This document shows positions 1 to 10,059 of a stretch of 64,000 bases of DNA, piece after piece (positions within the stretch are counted from its first letter, which is position 1; the number at the start of each line of letters is the position of its first letter). Origin of the DNA: Vulcanimicrobiota bacterium (GTDB lineage: Bacteria; Vulcanimicrobiota; Vulcanimicrobiia; Vulcanimicrobiales; Vulcanimicrobiaceae). A program made the translations under genes and the position numbers. The DNA lies in contig CAWETW010000001.1 in the NCBI GenBank assembly GCA_963812155.1, forward strand, positions 1 through 64,000, written 5' to 3'. The notes beneath the pieces were generated by a model, which ran no database searches, was not told the DNA's origin, and was given only the letters and a program-made list of their open reading frames with translations.

Positions 1-109
1 GGAATAAGAATGCGCTAGTTGACCCACGGAAGGGCGCCAAATCGCAGGTTGCCAAGGTCGCTAGACCGAAAACGACGCACCTCATTTCACGTCTCGGGAG
101 GTATGTTTG

Positions 110-1133
110 ATGAGCCACATTCGTCGCCACGTGCTGATCGCAGCCGTGGCTGCCGCTTCGCTTGCCGGATGTTTGGGGCAACTCGGGCTCTTTCACGTCC
201 GGTCAATCCTCCATGATCGCTCCTTCGAGCCGCGCCGGCACTGGAACGCGCGAACTTGTCGGGCCTCAGTGACAGGTCCACGCATCGTTCCACTCGTACC
301 AAGCAAGCCTAACGCTCCTCGCGGCTGGCCGAATGGCGCGCCGAATCGTCAACTCATTTTCGTTGCAAATGAGGCAGGCAGCGTTTTGATGTACATGCCG
401 AAAACACCAAATGGCTCTCCGGTAGGGTCTTATTACCGACGGTGTCAACGCTCCCGCGGGCCTCGCCGTCGATAATGCCGGTGCGCTCTATGTTGCCAAC
501 GATGGAAACAACACGGTTACCGTCTACGCGCAGGGATCGAGTTCGCCGAGCCTGACGATCAGCAACGGTGTCAGCGGCCCGTATGGAATCGCCGTCGATT
601 CGAGCGGTGAAGTCTTCGTTAGTAACCTCGACAACAACACCCTCACCGGCTATAAGGCCGGCGCAACGTCGCCGTTCGAAACCATCGACTTCAGCAACTT
701 CGGCCAACCGGTCGGCGTCGGGGTCGACGGCAGCGACAATATCTGGGTGGCATCCGATTCCAGCGATGCCGTCTTCGAGATAGCTGCCGGATCGCAAACG
801 GTCCAAAACTCCGGACTCACAAACCTCAACGGGCCGATTGGCGTTGCCATCGGAAAACGAAACGTTGTCTACGTTTCCAATTTCGCGGCTCAGAACGTCA
901 ATATCTACAGCAACGGTTCGACGACGCCGTCCGCGACCATCACCGACGGCATCGAGCAATTCGGGCCAACGCTGGGCGCGTTTGCGAAGTTCCGGGCGTT
1001 ACTTCCAATCGAACCAGGGGCTCAACGTTGTCGGATACAAGGGACTTCAAACGTCGCCGTCTCGACACTGAACGGCCTTTCAGCGTCAACCCCCCCGCTC
1101 GGTGTTGCCGGTTATCCGTTGGTCAAGAAATAG
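110..1133 (+). CDS. Secreted NHL-repeat/beta-propeller lipoprotein, frameshifted
   Basis: GGGAGG Shine-Dalgarno then ATG 110; lipobox-like SLAGC; repeats such as PAGLAVDNAGALYVAN, PYGIAVDSSGEVFVSN and PVGVGVDGSDNIWVA lie in the frame of ORF 747..1133; frame breaks before about 430. Confidence 0.7.
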
Positions 1134-1361
1134 CCGGTTCGCGCGGCGCGAATCACAATACGAGCGCCGGGGACACCGGGCGTCGTATCACTTTGGATCG
1201 ACAATGGAGTGGCGCTTCTCGCCCGCCACGTCGCCGATCGCCGTCTGCGCGATTCTGACCTTAGCGGCGCCGATCGCTTGGCGCCGACGACGGAGAGATC
1301 TATCGCCTGTTTCCGATCTGGCAATAACGAGGTCTCAAAGGTCGCAAAGTTAGCGTTCGAT

Positions 1362-1922
1362 TTACGTTAGCGGCGGGAAACTCATAGGAGAAGTCTGCGC
1401 ACCGAGTCGGAAGGCTGGAGGAACCCGGTCTATATTCCACGCCGTGAGGAGTCCAGCGATTGTCGGGAGTGCGAAAAACGCTATCGTCCCGACAAGGCGA
1501 TTCAAAATGTCCTGGCCAGTCACATTATCGAGAATAAGTGAGATCGAAAAGCCGGCAAGCGTTCCGATGACAAGGAGGGGAAGACATCTCCAAGGATGCG
1601 TCTTCGCCGGTGATTGCGTAAGCGCTACGAAGGCCGGGAATGTTCCGATCACAAGTGCGTAAATGATGCCGAGGTAAACTAGAATGGCGAAATCCGACCC
1701 AATATTGCTCAAGTCGAATCCCGCGAAGCATCCGTGCGCGGCGCGCACAAACGGACTCTCTAGGACTCGATGGGCGTCGACTACGAATATGATCACGCCG
1801 GATCCGAGACCAATCGATACCAGACCCACCACGGTGGCCGCTAGACGCTCAAGAATCCAATAGAATCGATCCAGCATCATGGGCGAGTAGGGTTGGGCTA
1901 AGTTGGCGTTTACGCTGAGCAT
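1362..1922 (-). CDS. Hypothetical membrane protein (about 4 TM segments)
   Basis: 186-aa ORF with several long hydrophobic stretches; start uncertain; no family recognised. Confidence 0.5.
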   Translation of the reverse strand: MLSVNANLAQPYSPMMLDRFYWILERLAATVVGLVSIGLGSGVIIFVVDAHRVLESPFVRAAHGCFAGFDLSNIGSDFAILVYLGIIYALVIGTFPAFVALTQSPAKTHPWRCLPLLVIGTLAGFSISLILDNVTGQDILNRLVGTIAFFALPTIAGLLTAWNIDRVPPAFRLGAQTSPMSFPPLT

Positions 1923-1926
1923 TTCG

Positions 1927-2986
1927 TCACAGGAGCAAGTCGGCTGCGATTACCGCCTGAGCGAACGCCTGCGGCGCCTCTTGCGGCACGTCGTGGCCGA
2001 TGCCCTTGAAGATTCGGTGTGCGTATTTACCTGTAAATTTGTCTCGGTAAACCGTTCCGCTCGCGTTGGCTCCGTCGAAATCACTCGCAATGGTGATTGT
2101 AGGCACCGAGATCGTCGGAAACTGCTGATTCCTGCTCGAGCTCCGCATATTCGGGGGCACCCTTGTCCTGCCAGTTGTATCGGCAGCGATAGTTGCGGAT
2201 CGTGATATCCACGTGGTCGGGATTGTTGAACGATACGGCGGTCCGATCGTAGGTCGCATCGGAGAACTTCCAGTTCGGCGAGGCGAGTTGCCAAATAAGC
2301 TTGTTAAAATCGTGAACATACTTTGCGTAACCAAGCCGGCCGCGTTCGGTGATGAAATAAAACTGGTACCACCAAAAGTGCTCGGCGGGCGGTGGCAACG
2401 GCTGCGTTTGTGCTTTAATGTTGGTAAGTCCGTAGCCACTAACCGGGATTAGGGCCTTTACACGTTCGGGCCAGAGCGCGGCCATGATGGTTGCGGTTCT
2501 CGTTCCCCAATCAAAGCCGCCTACAACCGCGCTCTGGATCTTCAGAGCATCCATCAGAGCGATGATGTCAACGGCAAATACGACTTGCTCGCCAGTGCGG
2601 AAAGTTTGGTCTGAAAGAAATCGTGTGGTCCCAAGCCGCGCGTATACGGAACGATGACGCGGTAGCCCGCCGCCGCCAAAATTGGAGCAACGTCGACGTA
2701 GCTGTAGATATCGTAGGGCCAACCATGCAGAAGAATGACGACGCGGCCATCGGTTGGACCGGCCTCGGCATAAGCTATATTTAAAAGGCCGGCATCGATA
2801 TTTTTGAGCGGAGAAAACGATACCTGCGAGTCCCGGTTGCGGAGATAAGGTGGTCGTGGTGTTGTCACCATCCGCGTTGCTGGATTGCGCGCTGGCGGAA
2901 GCCAGCGCGCCGAACTGTGCGGTGGCCACTGCGATAGTGGCCGCGCCAATGAAGCGGCGGCGGTCGAGGCGATCGTTTTCGGGCAT
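1927..2986 (-). CDS. Tat-exported alpha/beta hydrolase (epoxide hydrolase-like), frameshifted
   Basis: Tat motif DRRRFIG; LLHGWPYD, GFDWG nucleophile elbow and GIGHDVPQEAP spread over ORFs 2554..2949, 2081..3742 and 1927..2439. Confidence 0.8.
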
Positions 2987-3295
2987 GAGTTTCCCTTCCA
3001 TCTGTTTTGGAGGCGACCCGTTTTGCGTGACGGTCCGGTCGTTGCACATCAGGGCGCTTGACTCATTTGGTTCGGCGAGGCGTTTGAGCGCACCCATGAT
3101 TCGGCGCTCTGCGAGATCGGAAGTTGAGACGCGATGTTTAGCATTGCCGACGAGCATAGGTGGCCGGAGTTGAGGCCCTTCTCCTATGCCCACAATGCAG
3201 CGTGACCTGGCGCGTCTTGTATTTCTGCCCATCGCCGTTCGCCTCAATGGGGGGGGGCAGAATCGCGCACGGTATCCCCTATCCCATCGCAAATA

Positions 3296-3376
3296 TAGGG
3301 AAGGTGGGATTCGAACCCACACGAGTTGCCTCGGCCGCTTTTGAGGCGGCTGCGTCTGCCGTTCCGCCACTTCCCC
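3296..3376 (-). tRNA. tRNA-Leu(CAA)
   Basis: GGGGAAGTGGCGGAACGGCAGACGCA-GCCGC-CTCAAAA-GCGGC, long variable arm, GGTTCGAATCC T-loop; CCA not encoded. Confidence 0.93.
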
Positions 3377-3383
3377 AGAGGAG

Positions 3384-6300
3384 CTACGGCGGATTCGCTT
3401 GGAGGATGCGCCCGGCCTCCGTTGCGTCGGCGGCGTACACGCCGAGATGCAGTTCGACCGTCGAGCGCGCGAACACGAGCGTGACGATTTCCGCACCACG
3501 TGCGTGCGCCAGCGTGACGTGCTGCACGTCACCCGGGCGCCATCGGAGCACCGCAAGCCGCGTTCCATGAAGGATGCCGACGTACGTCTCGCCGGGCGGC
3601 GCAAACAGTTCGTCGCCGCGCTCGAATGCGAAGCCGGAGACGCTCTCGAGCGTCGCCGAAGCGGTGTCGGGGTGGAATGTTTCGTCGATCGTGGCCTCGT
3701 TGCCGTCTTGCGCGAGCGACAGCGTCCGCGTGAAATGCGCACCGCCTTCGGGAAGATCCGGCGCGTCGTAAGTACACTCGACGGCTGCCTCGGCGGCCGG
3801 CGTCTTGGTGCAGGCGTAGGTGCGATTGAAGGTCCCCGCCGGTAGCGGATGCGTGTATGCCGCGATGTAGTCGCGCGGCGAAACGGGCGGCGAAGGAGAA
3901 ACGGCGTCGCGCAACAGGCCGATGCTCGTCGCCGCGTTCCCCAGACCAGGTGCGCTCAGCTCCCAGATCCGCGCGCCCGCATCGGGCGCAAACGCGATGC
4001 GAAGATGCGACCCTGCGAGCACTTGCGATGCGTTCGCCGCAAACGGCGGTGGCGTCGCATCGCCGGCGTGAAGCGAAACGAGCGCGCCGGGCGCCGCGAA
4101 GCCGACCGGAACCAATCGCGCGGAGCGCGCGGCGACCGAAAAGCGCGGAACGGCGACGTCGCCGCTCGCGAGCGTGACCGCGAGTGGCCCGAACGTGCGC
4201 GTGGAATCGCTCGGATTGACGGCGTCGACGAATCCGTAGCTGCCGTCGTCGGCGAGCAGCAGCGACGCGTCTGACGCGTCACCGCGCAATGCGGGCGCGA
4301 GCGATGCGAGCGTCGATGCCATGCGCCCGCTGCGCTCGAGCCGCCGCAGCTCGCGCGCCGTCGTTGGAACGAGCGCCGCCTGAAGTCGCGGCGACATGAC
4401 GATGGGTAGCACGATGCGCCGGTACCGCTGCAGATGAGGGTCGTCGGTGTAGGCAACGTCGACGAGCGTGCACGTCAATCCGCGCGCGGAACAGTCGCGC
4501 TGCATCGCGATCGTGCCATCGGCAAACGCCCGAAAATCCTGGTTGGTTAAAGCCAGCGACGAAAACAGGCTTGGCGGCCAAATGATGGCCGCATCGGCAG
4601 CGGGATGCGTTCGCGCGAGCGCCGCGCCGTAACGGTTGACGTCGGCACCAAAGCCGGCGGTCGGCGCGAAGCGCGGCGACGGCTGCACGTCCGAGGTGTA
4701 AGCGGCATCCCACGCATACGACCAGTTCGCCCACGGGACTTCCCAACCGTCGGGATAGACCGTATCCTGCACGGGGAAGTTGACGATACCGTGCGCGCCG
4801 TCGCGCAGCAACTCATAGAGCGCGAGCGTCGTGTTGGCGGGATCGGCGGCCCGCGGCCGCGCTTCGTCGGCGCCCTGCAGCCAACCGGCTTGAAACTCGG
4901 CGTACATCACCGGGCGGTCGGACTGCGTCTGCAGCAGCCCGGTCGCAAAGTCCAGTTCGGCGAGGTCGTGCGTACCGATGGCATACGCGTCGCTCTGATA
5001 CCAATCGCCCCACGCCCACGCCGGCGATGCAGCCGGAACCTTCATTTCGTAGGTGTTGAGAAAGAGCGGGACGCGCGTGCCGGCGACGCTCTGCACCGTC
5101 AGGCGCAGCCAGTCGACGTACGCGTGCCAGCGCGGCGCGGGCCACGTATCGTTGTCGAGGTACGCGCCCTGATCGTCGTCGAGCGCAATGGCGACGATTT
5201 CGTTCGCGTACGGCTCGCAGGCGCGCAGGACGGCGCGCAGCCACTGCTGCGACTCGCTCAAATGGGTCGCGTTGTGCAGCCATTCGGCGGCGGCCGCATC
5301 CGCGTGCGCGTTCTGCAACGTCGCCGTGGCCGGATAACGGCCGCTCAAGACGTCGTTGAGCGGCATGTTGTACTCCGGCCGCGTCAGCAGCCACGCCGGA
5401 TAGCCGCCGTTGCGCCACTCGTTCCGAATGACTGGGCCGGGACGTAGCACCACGTTGAATCCGAGTTGCCGGCACAGCTGCAACACTCCCAGGAGATCCC
5501 GGCGTGAATCGGTTGCGCCGGTGAAATCGGGCGCCTGCGTTTCCACGGGTTGATGCCAGTTCCACATGACGTAGAGATCGATCGTATTTACGCCGAGCGC
5601 GCGGTACGCGCGCAGGGACTCCAGCCAACGATCGCGCGGGATCCGTTCGTAGAAGAAGGCGGCACCGTAGACGAAGAACGGCTTGCCGTCAACCGCGAAC
5701 ACCGGATAGCCCGCGTCGGTCGTGACCGATGACGCGTTCCACGTCGCCCACGATGCTGCGCCGGCGGCACGCGCCGGCGACGGCGGGACGCACGTGACGG
5801 CCGCGATCAGCAGTGCGGCAAAAGGCCACCAACGCTGCGCGCGTGCCGTGATAAGGAAGACGAGGGTGCCGATCGCCAGCCATCCGACCCCGAGCAGAAT
5901 GGCCGTCGAGCCGGTGTAGACGAACGCGAGCGTCCATCCCAGGAGCGCGACGAGCGCGGGTACCGGAAACAGGGGCATTCGAAACGGCGCCGCCGGCGCG
6001 CGCGCCCGCAAGGCGAAGAGGGCAAAGACCTGCGCCACCCCTTGAACGAGGACGATGCCCGCGGTGAGAAACGCGATCACCTGATCGAGCGTGAACAGGC
6101 TCGCGACCAGCGAGAGCGCGCCGACCGCGAACAGCGCAACGTGTGGAATCTCCTTACGCGCGTGCAAGCGCGCAAACGCCGGAAGAAATGCGCCGTCGCG
6201 CGCCGCCGCGAACGGAATGCGGGAAAAACCGAGCAGATTGCCGTAGAGCGACGCGAAGGCGGTCACGAGGACGAGCACGGTGACGACGACGGCCGCCGTG

Positions 6301-7172
6301 CTACCCCACGTTCGCGCGACGACGAGCGAACCGACGTACTGCGCCGCCGCAGTGGGCGTACCATCGCTGCCGAGCAGCGTTCTCCACGGTACGACGCCGA
6401 GCACGCCCACTTGAAGCAGTACGTAGAGCGTTGCGACGAGGAGCACCGAGATGAGAATTGCGAGCGGAATCGTGCGTTTCGGGCGCACGACTTCGTCGCC
6501 GAGCAGCGCCACCTCGGCGTAGCCGACGTAGTCGTACAGCGTAATGTAGAGCGCGCTGCCGAAGCCGGCGAGCAGACCGGCACCCAAGCGCACCGGCGCG
6601 CCGAGATGAAACGCCTGCCCGAAATTCGCGTGCGTCAGCGCGGCGCCGGCGACCAGCGCGACGGTTAAGATCGCCACTCCGGCGAGGACGATTCCCGCGA
6701 TGGCGACGCGCGCGGTTTTGCGATAGAGCGCTGCGATCGTCAGGAGGCCGATTCCCATCGCAATGGCGTCGTGGAGCGGCACGCTCGACCCCGCGGCGGG
6801 ATACAGGTAGGCGGCGTAGTTTGCAAAGCCGATGTATCCGCTGGCGAGCAGGCACGGCGCGTAGAGCAGAAACTGCCAGTTGAAGAGAAACGCCAGCGCG
6901 CGCCCGAGCGTTCGCTCCCCGAACGCGGCGCGCAGATACACGTAGGTTCCACCGGACCCAGGGAACTGCGATGAGAGTTCCGCCCACACCAAACCGTCAC
7001 AGAGAGCGACGACGGCGCCGGCAATCCACCCGACGAGCGCCAGCGGACCGCCGAGTGCGGCGATCACCAAAGGGATCGTCACGAGCGGCCCGATGCCGAT
7101 CATCGTGATGACGTTGACGGCGACGGCGCCGCGCAAGCCGATCGCTCGCTGCAAAGAGGTCTGCTGCGACAC
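3384..7172 (-). CDS. APC-family permease fused to a GH35 (beta-galactosidase/glucosaminidase-like) domain
   Basis: N-terminal MIGIGP, AELSSQFPGSGGTYVY and SRIPFAAARDG APC motifs; then LGVNTIDLYVMWNWHQP, LRPGPVIRNEWRNGGYPAWL and AEFQAGW GH35 motifs in one open frame; GTG 7172 taken as start. Confidence 0.88.
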   Translation of the reverse strand: MSQQTSLQRAIGLRGAVAVNVITMIGIGPLVTIPLVIAALGGPLALVGWIAGAVVALCDGLVWAELSSQFPGSGGTYVYLRAAFGERTLGRALAFLFNWQFLLYAPCLLASGYIGFANYAAYLYPAAGSSVPLHDAIAMGIGLLTIAALYRKTARVAIAGIVLAGVAILTVALVAGAALTHANFGQAFHLGAPVRLGAGLLAGFGSALYITLYDYVGYAEVALLGDEVVRPKRTIPLAILISVLLVATLYVLLQVGVLGVVPWRTLLGSDGTPTAAAQYVGSLVVARTWGSTAAVVVTVLVLVTAFASLYGNLLGFSRIPFAAARDGAFLPAFARLHARKEIPHVALFAVGALSLVASLFTLDQVIAFLTAGIVLVQGVAQVFALFALRARAPAAPFRMPLFPVPALVALLGWTLAFVYTGSTAILLGVGWLAIGTLVFLITARAQRWWPFAALLIAAVTCVPPSPARAAGAASWATWNASSVTTDAGYPVFAVDGKPFFVYGAAFFYERIPRDRWLESLRAYRALGVNTIDLYVMWNWHQPVETQAPDFTGATDSRRDLLGVLQLCRQLGFNVVLRPGPVIRNEWRNGGYPAWLLTRPEYNMPLNDVLSGRYPATATLQNAHADAAAAEWLHNATHLSESQQWLRAVLRACEPYANEIVAIALDDDQGAYLDNDTWPAPRWHAYVDWLRLTVQSVAGTRVPLFLNTYEMKVPAASPAWAWGDWYQSDAYAIGTHDLAELDFATGLLQTQSDRPVMYAEFQAGWLQGADEARPRAADPANTTLALYELLRDGAHGIVNFPVQDTVYPDGWEVPWANWSYAWDAAYTSDVQPSPRFAPTAGFGADVNRYGAALARTHPAADAAIIWPPSLFSSLALTNQDFRAFADGTIAMQRDCSARGLTCTLVDVAYTDDPHLQRYRRIVLPIVMSPRLQAALVPTTARELRRLERSGRMASTLASLAPALRGDASDASLLLADDGSYGFVDAVNPSDSTRTFGPLAVTLASGDVAVPRFSVAARSARLVPVGFAAPGALVSLHAGDATPPPFAANASQVLAGSHLRIAFAPDAGARIWELSAPGLGNAATSIGLLRDAVSPSPPVSPRDYIAAYTHPLPAGTFNRTYACTKTPAAEAAVECTYDAPDLPEGGAHFTRTLSLAQDGNEATIDETFHPDTASATLESVSGFAFERGDELFAPPGETYVGILHGTRLAVLRWRPGDVQHVTLAHARGAEIVTLVFARSTVELHLGVYAADATEAGRILQANPP

Positions 7173-7227
7173 TGCGGCCGGACCTTCGGTGGGGTGAAAG
7201 CGGAACCTGGCTCGAAAGCGCCCGGGC

Positions 7228-8268
7228 ATGGAGAAGCAATCCGCGCTCGCGCGTCTGATGGGTCTGGACGGAGACGTGCACGTCGACTTCGTTACGAGTC
7301 CCGCGTTGGAGGGCAACGCATTGGGCGATTCGGCCACGCGTCCACTGGCGATCTACGTGCCGCCGCAATACGACCATCTCGGTTCCCGGCGCTATCCGGT
7401 ACTCTATCTGCTGCACGGATACACCGGTGACGTCTCGGCGGTGCTGGGCGCGCGGCCATGGGAAGTGAATGCGTTTCAGTGGATCGACCGGCTGATCGCG
7501 GCGGGCCGAATACCGCCTGTGCTGATGGCGGCCGTCGACGGCTTTACGCGCCTCGGCGGCTCTCAGTACGTCGACTCCGTTCACAACGGCGATTACGCGA
7601 CGTATACGGTTCGCGACGTGATCGGTCACATCGACCGCGACTACCGGACGATTGCCGCCGAGGGCGGACGCGCAGTGCTCGGTAAATCCTCCGGCGGATT
7701 CGGCGCGATGCATCTGGTGATGGAGCATCCCGGCGTGTTCGCGGCGTTCGCGTCGCACAGCGGCGACGCATACTTCCGTTACGCGCACTTTCCCGCGTTT
7801 CCGGCCGTGCAGCGGACGCTCGAGCGGCACGGTGGTGACGTCGCCGCGTTCGTCGCTGCCTTCGAAGAGCTGCCCAAGCGTCCGATGAGCGATTACACGA
7901 CGATGGAGATGCTCGGATATGCGTCCGCGTACTCGCCGCGCAGTAACCGCCCGTTCGACTTTGCCTTACCCTTCGACTTGCGCACGGGAGCGCTCGACGA
8001 AGCCGTCTTCGCGCGCTGGCTCTCGTACGATCCGGCCGAGCGCGTCGCCGGCCGGCTGGCGGAACTGCGGCGCTTGCGCTTGCGGTATCTCGATTGCGGG
8101 CGTCGCGACGAGTTCGCGCTCGACATCGGCGCTCGGGTCGTTACGCAACGCATGCGCGACGCCGGGCTCGAAGTGCGTCACGAGGAATTCGACGACGATC
8201 ACCGCAACGTGGGGTACCGCTACGAAGTCTCGCTGCCGGCGCTCGCCGCCGTTTTGGATACCGAATGA
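7228..8268 (+). CDS. Esterase (Fes/enterochelin esterase-like alpha/beta hydrolase)
   Basis: YPVLYLLHG, GKSSGG nucleophile motif, YLDCGRRDE, C-terminal His. Confidence 0.85.
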   Translation: MEKQSALARLMGLDGDVHVDFVTSPALEGNALGDSATRPLAIYVPPQYDHLGSRRYPVLYLLHGYTGDVSAVLGARPWEVNAFQWIDRLIAAGRIPPVLMAAVDGFTRLGGSQYVDSVHNGDYATYTVRDVIGHIDRDYRTIAAEGGRAVLGKSSGGFGAMHLVMEHPGVFAAFASHSGDAYFRYAHFPAFPAVQRTLERHGGDVAAFVAAFEELPKRPMSDYTTMEMLGYASAYSPRSNRPFDFALPFDLRTGALDEAVFARWLSYDPAERVAGRLAELRRLRLRYLDCGRRDEFALDIGARVVTQRMRDAGLEVRHEEFDDDHRNVGYRYEVSLPALAAVLDTE

Positions 8269-8852
8269 AACCTTTTGCACTCATCGTGTCGCTCCTCGCC
8301 GTGGTGCTGGCGTTTTCAGCACGTGGCGCCGTGCGCGCGCAAGTTCCACCGCCGCCGACGCCTTCACCCGATCCGCACCTCTACTCGGATCCGGGAATGA
8401 ATTTCACGGCGCCTCCGGAAGCCGTGCTGCTCGGGCGGCGATACCTGAGCCTGAACGCCCTCACCGACGAACTGCAAACCGTCGCCGTCTGGGCCGTGCG
8501 CCCGGGGAAAGACGACATGCGTACGATTCAACTCTCGATGGAATCGTTCGAAGGCGCGCCCGATCAGTGGGAAGGACAGTTCGAGAGCCAAATGCATAAT
8601 GCGGGCGGGAACGGCCTGCTCATTCGCCATAAGACGCCGATGGCGCTGCTCAACGGCATGCCGGCAAACTTCGTGGAGGTGACGTCGGGAAGCGGCTTTA
8701 CGACCCAGAAGCAATACGCGGTCGTGTGGGCCGACGGTCAGCGCGGCATCGTGCTTTCGGAGTCGACACGCTTGGGAGACGCGGGTCCGGACGAAGCCAA
8801 GCGACTGTTGCACGACGTGACCGCCACGCGCTACCCGCTCGAGCAGCCGTAG
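8265..8852 (+). CDS. Secreted hypothetical protein
   Basis: ATGA overlap with the esterase stop; signal peptide MKPFALIVSLLAVVLAFSA and Pro-rich linker. Confidence 0.7.
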   Translation: MKPFALIVSLLAVVLAFSARGAVRAQVPPPPTPSPDPHLYSDPGMNFTAPPEAVLLGRRYLSLNALTDELQTVAVWAVRPGKDDMRTIQLSMESFEGAPDQWEGQFESQMHNAGGNGLLIRHKTPMALLNGMPANFVEVTSGSGFTTQKQYAVVWADGQRGIVLSESTRLGDAGPDEAKRLLHDVTATRYPLEQP

Positions 8853-8864
8853 CGTTCCGACGGC

Positions 8865-10046
8865 TTAGCGCGCGTAGTCGAGATGGGGAATCGAGGCGAG
8901 CGCCGATTTCAGATCGTCGATGAGATCGTCGCCGTCTTCGATACCGACCGATAGCCGCAGCAATCCATCGGTAATGCCGCGGCTTTCGCGGCTCTCGGCG
9001 GGAATGGACCCGTGGGTCATGCGCGCCGGATGGCAGATCAGCGATTCGACGCCGCCCAGACTTTCGGCCAAACTGAAGTAGCGCAGGCGCCCGGCAAAAT
9101 CGAGTCCGCGCTCGGGCGGCCCGTGAAGCACGAACGACACCATCCCGCCGAATCCGCTCATTTGGCGGCGTGCCAAGTCGTGCTGCGGATGCGAGGGCAG
9201 GCCGGGATAGTACACGCGTGCGACGGCCGGATGCGACTCGAGGAACTCCGCCACCGCCTGCGCGTTGCTCGCGTGTTCGCGCATCCGGATCGCAAGGGTC
9301 TTCGCGCCGCGCATCGTCAGCCACGCGTCGTGCGGGCCGGGGATCGCGCCGGTACTATTTTGATGGAATCGCAAGACGTCGTAGAGATCCCGGTCGTTCG
9401 TAATCGCGATGCCGCCGACCACGTCGCTGTGCCCCCCGATGTACTTCGTCGTCGAGTGAACGACTACGTCGGCACCGAGATCCAGCGGTTGCTGAAAATA
9501 GGGCGTTGCAAACGTGTTGTCGACCGCCACGATCGGGCGAACCCCGCCGTCGGATGCGACGCCGTCGCGCAGCTGCGCGATTGCGCGCAGATCGATGAGT
9601 TTGAGCATCGGATTCGTCGGCGTTTCGACCCAAAGCAGTTTCGTGTTCGGCCGGATGGCCGCGCGGACCGCGCCGGCGTCGGTCATGTCGACGTAGGTGA
9701 ACTCCAGCCCGTAGCGTGCGAGCACGTTGGAAAAGAGCCGGTACGTGCCCCCGTAAAGGTCGTCGGTGACGACCGCGTGGTCGCCGGCGGAGAGTGCGTT
9801 GAGAACGGCTGCCGTGGCCGCGACGCCGCTGGCAAAGGCGCTCGCGTATTCGCCGTTTTCCAACGATGCGAGCTGTTTTTCGAGTGCGGTGCGCGTCGGA
9901 TTGACCGTGCGGCTGTAGTCGTACCCCTTGTGAACGCCGACGCTTTCCTGCGTGTAGGTCGACGTTTGGTAAATGGGGACGATGGTGGCGCCGGTCGCGG
10001 GGTCGGCTTCCTGCCCGACGTGAATTGCGCGCGTTGAAAACTTCAT
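8865..10046 (-). CDS. Cystathionine gamma-lyase/synthase (Cys/Met PLP enzyme)
   Basis: YSRTVNPT, ETPTNP, VDNTFATP, HSTTKYIGGHSD PLP-lysine motif, AESLGGVESL. Confidence 0.95.
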   Translation of the reverse strand: MKFSTRAIHVGQEADPATGATIVPIYQTSTYTQESVGVHKGYDYSRTVNPTRTALEKQLASLENGEYASAFASGVAATAAVLNALSAGDHAVVTDDLYGGTYRLFSNVLARYGLEFTYVDMTDAGAVRAAIRPNTKLLWVETPTNPMLKLIDLRAIAQLRDGVASDGGVRPIVAVDNTFATPYFQQPLDLGADVVVHSTTKYIGGHSDVVGGIAITNDRDLYDVLRFHQNSTGAIPGPHDAWLTMRGAKTLAIRMREHASNAQAVAEFLESHPAVARVYYPGLPSHPQHDLARRQMSGFGGMVSFVLHGPPERGLDFAGRLRYFSLAESLGGVESLICHPARMTHGSIPAESRESRGITDGLLRLSVGIEDGDDLIDDLKSALASIPHLDYAR

Positions 10047-10059
10047 GCCGGAGCGCGGC

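Noticed and set aside
3249..3257. G9 tract as a phase-variation switch
   Set aside because: Intergenic, no clear promoter link, and homopolymer length is unreliable in this assembly
1..3295. Genomic island downstream of tRNA-Leu
   Set aside because: Composition looks less GC-rich, but no integrase or att repeat is visible inside the window
2081..3742. 553-aa ORF spanning tRNA-Leu
   Set aside because: Chance open frame; only the part from 2986 down belongs to the hydrolase
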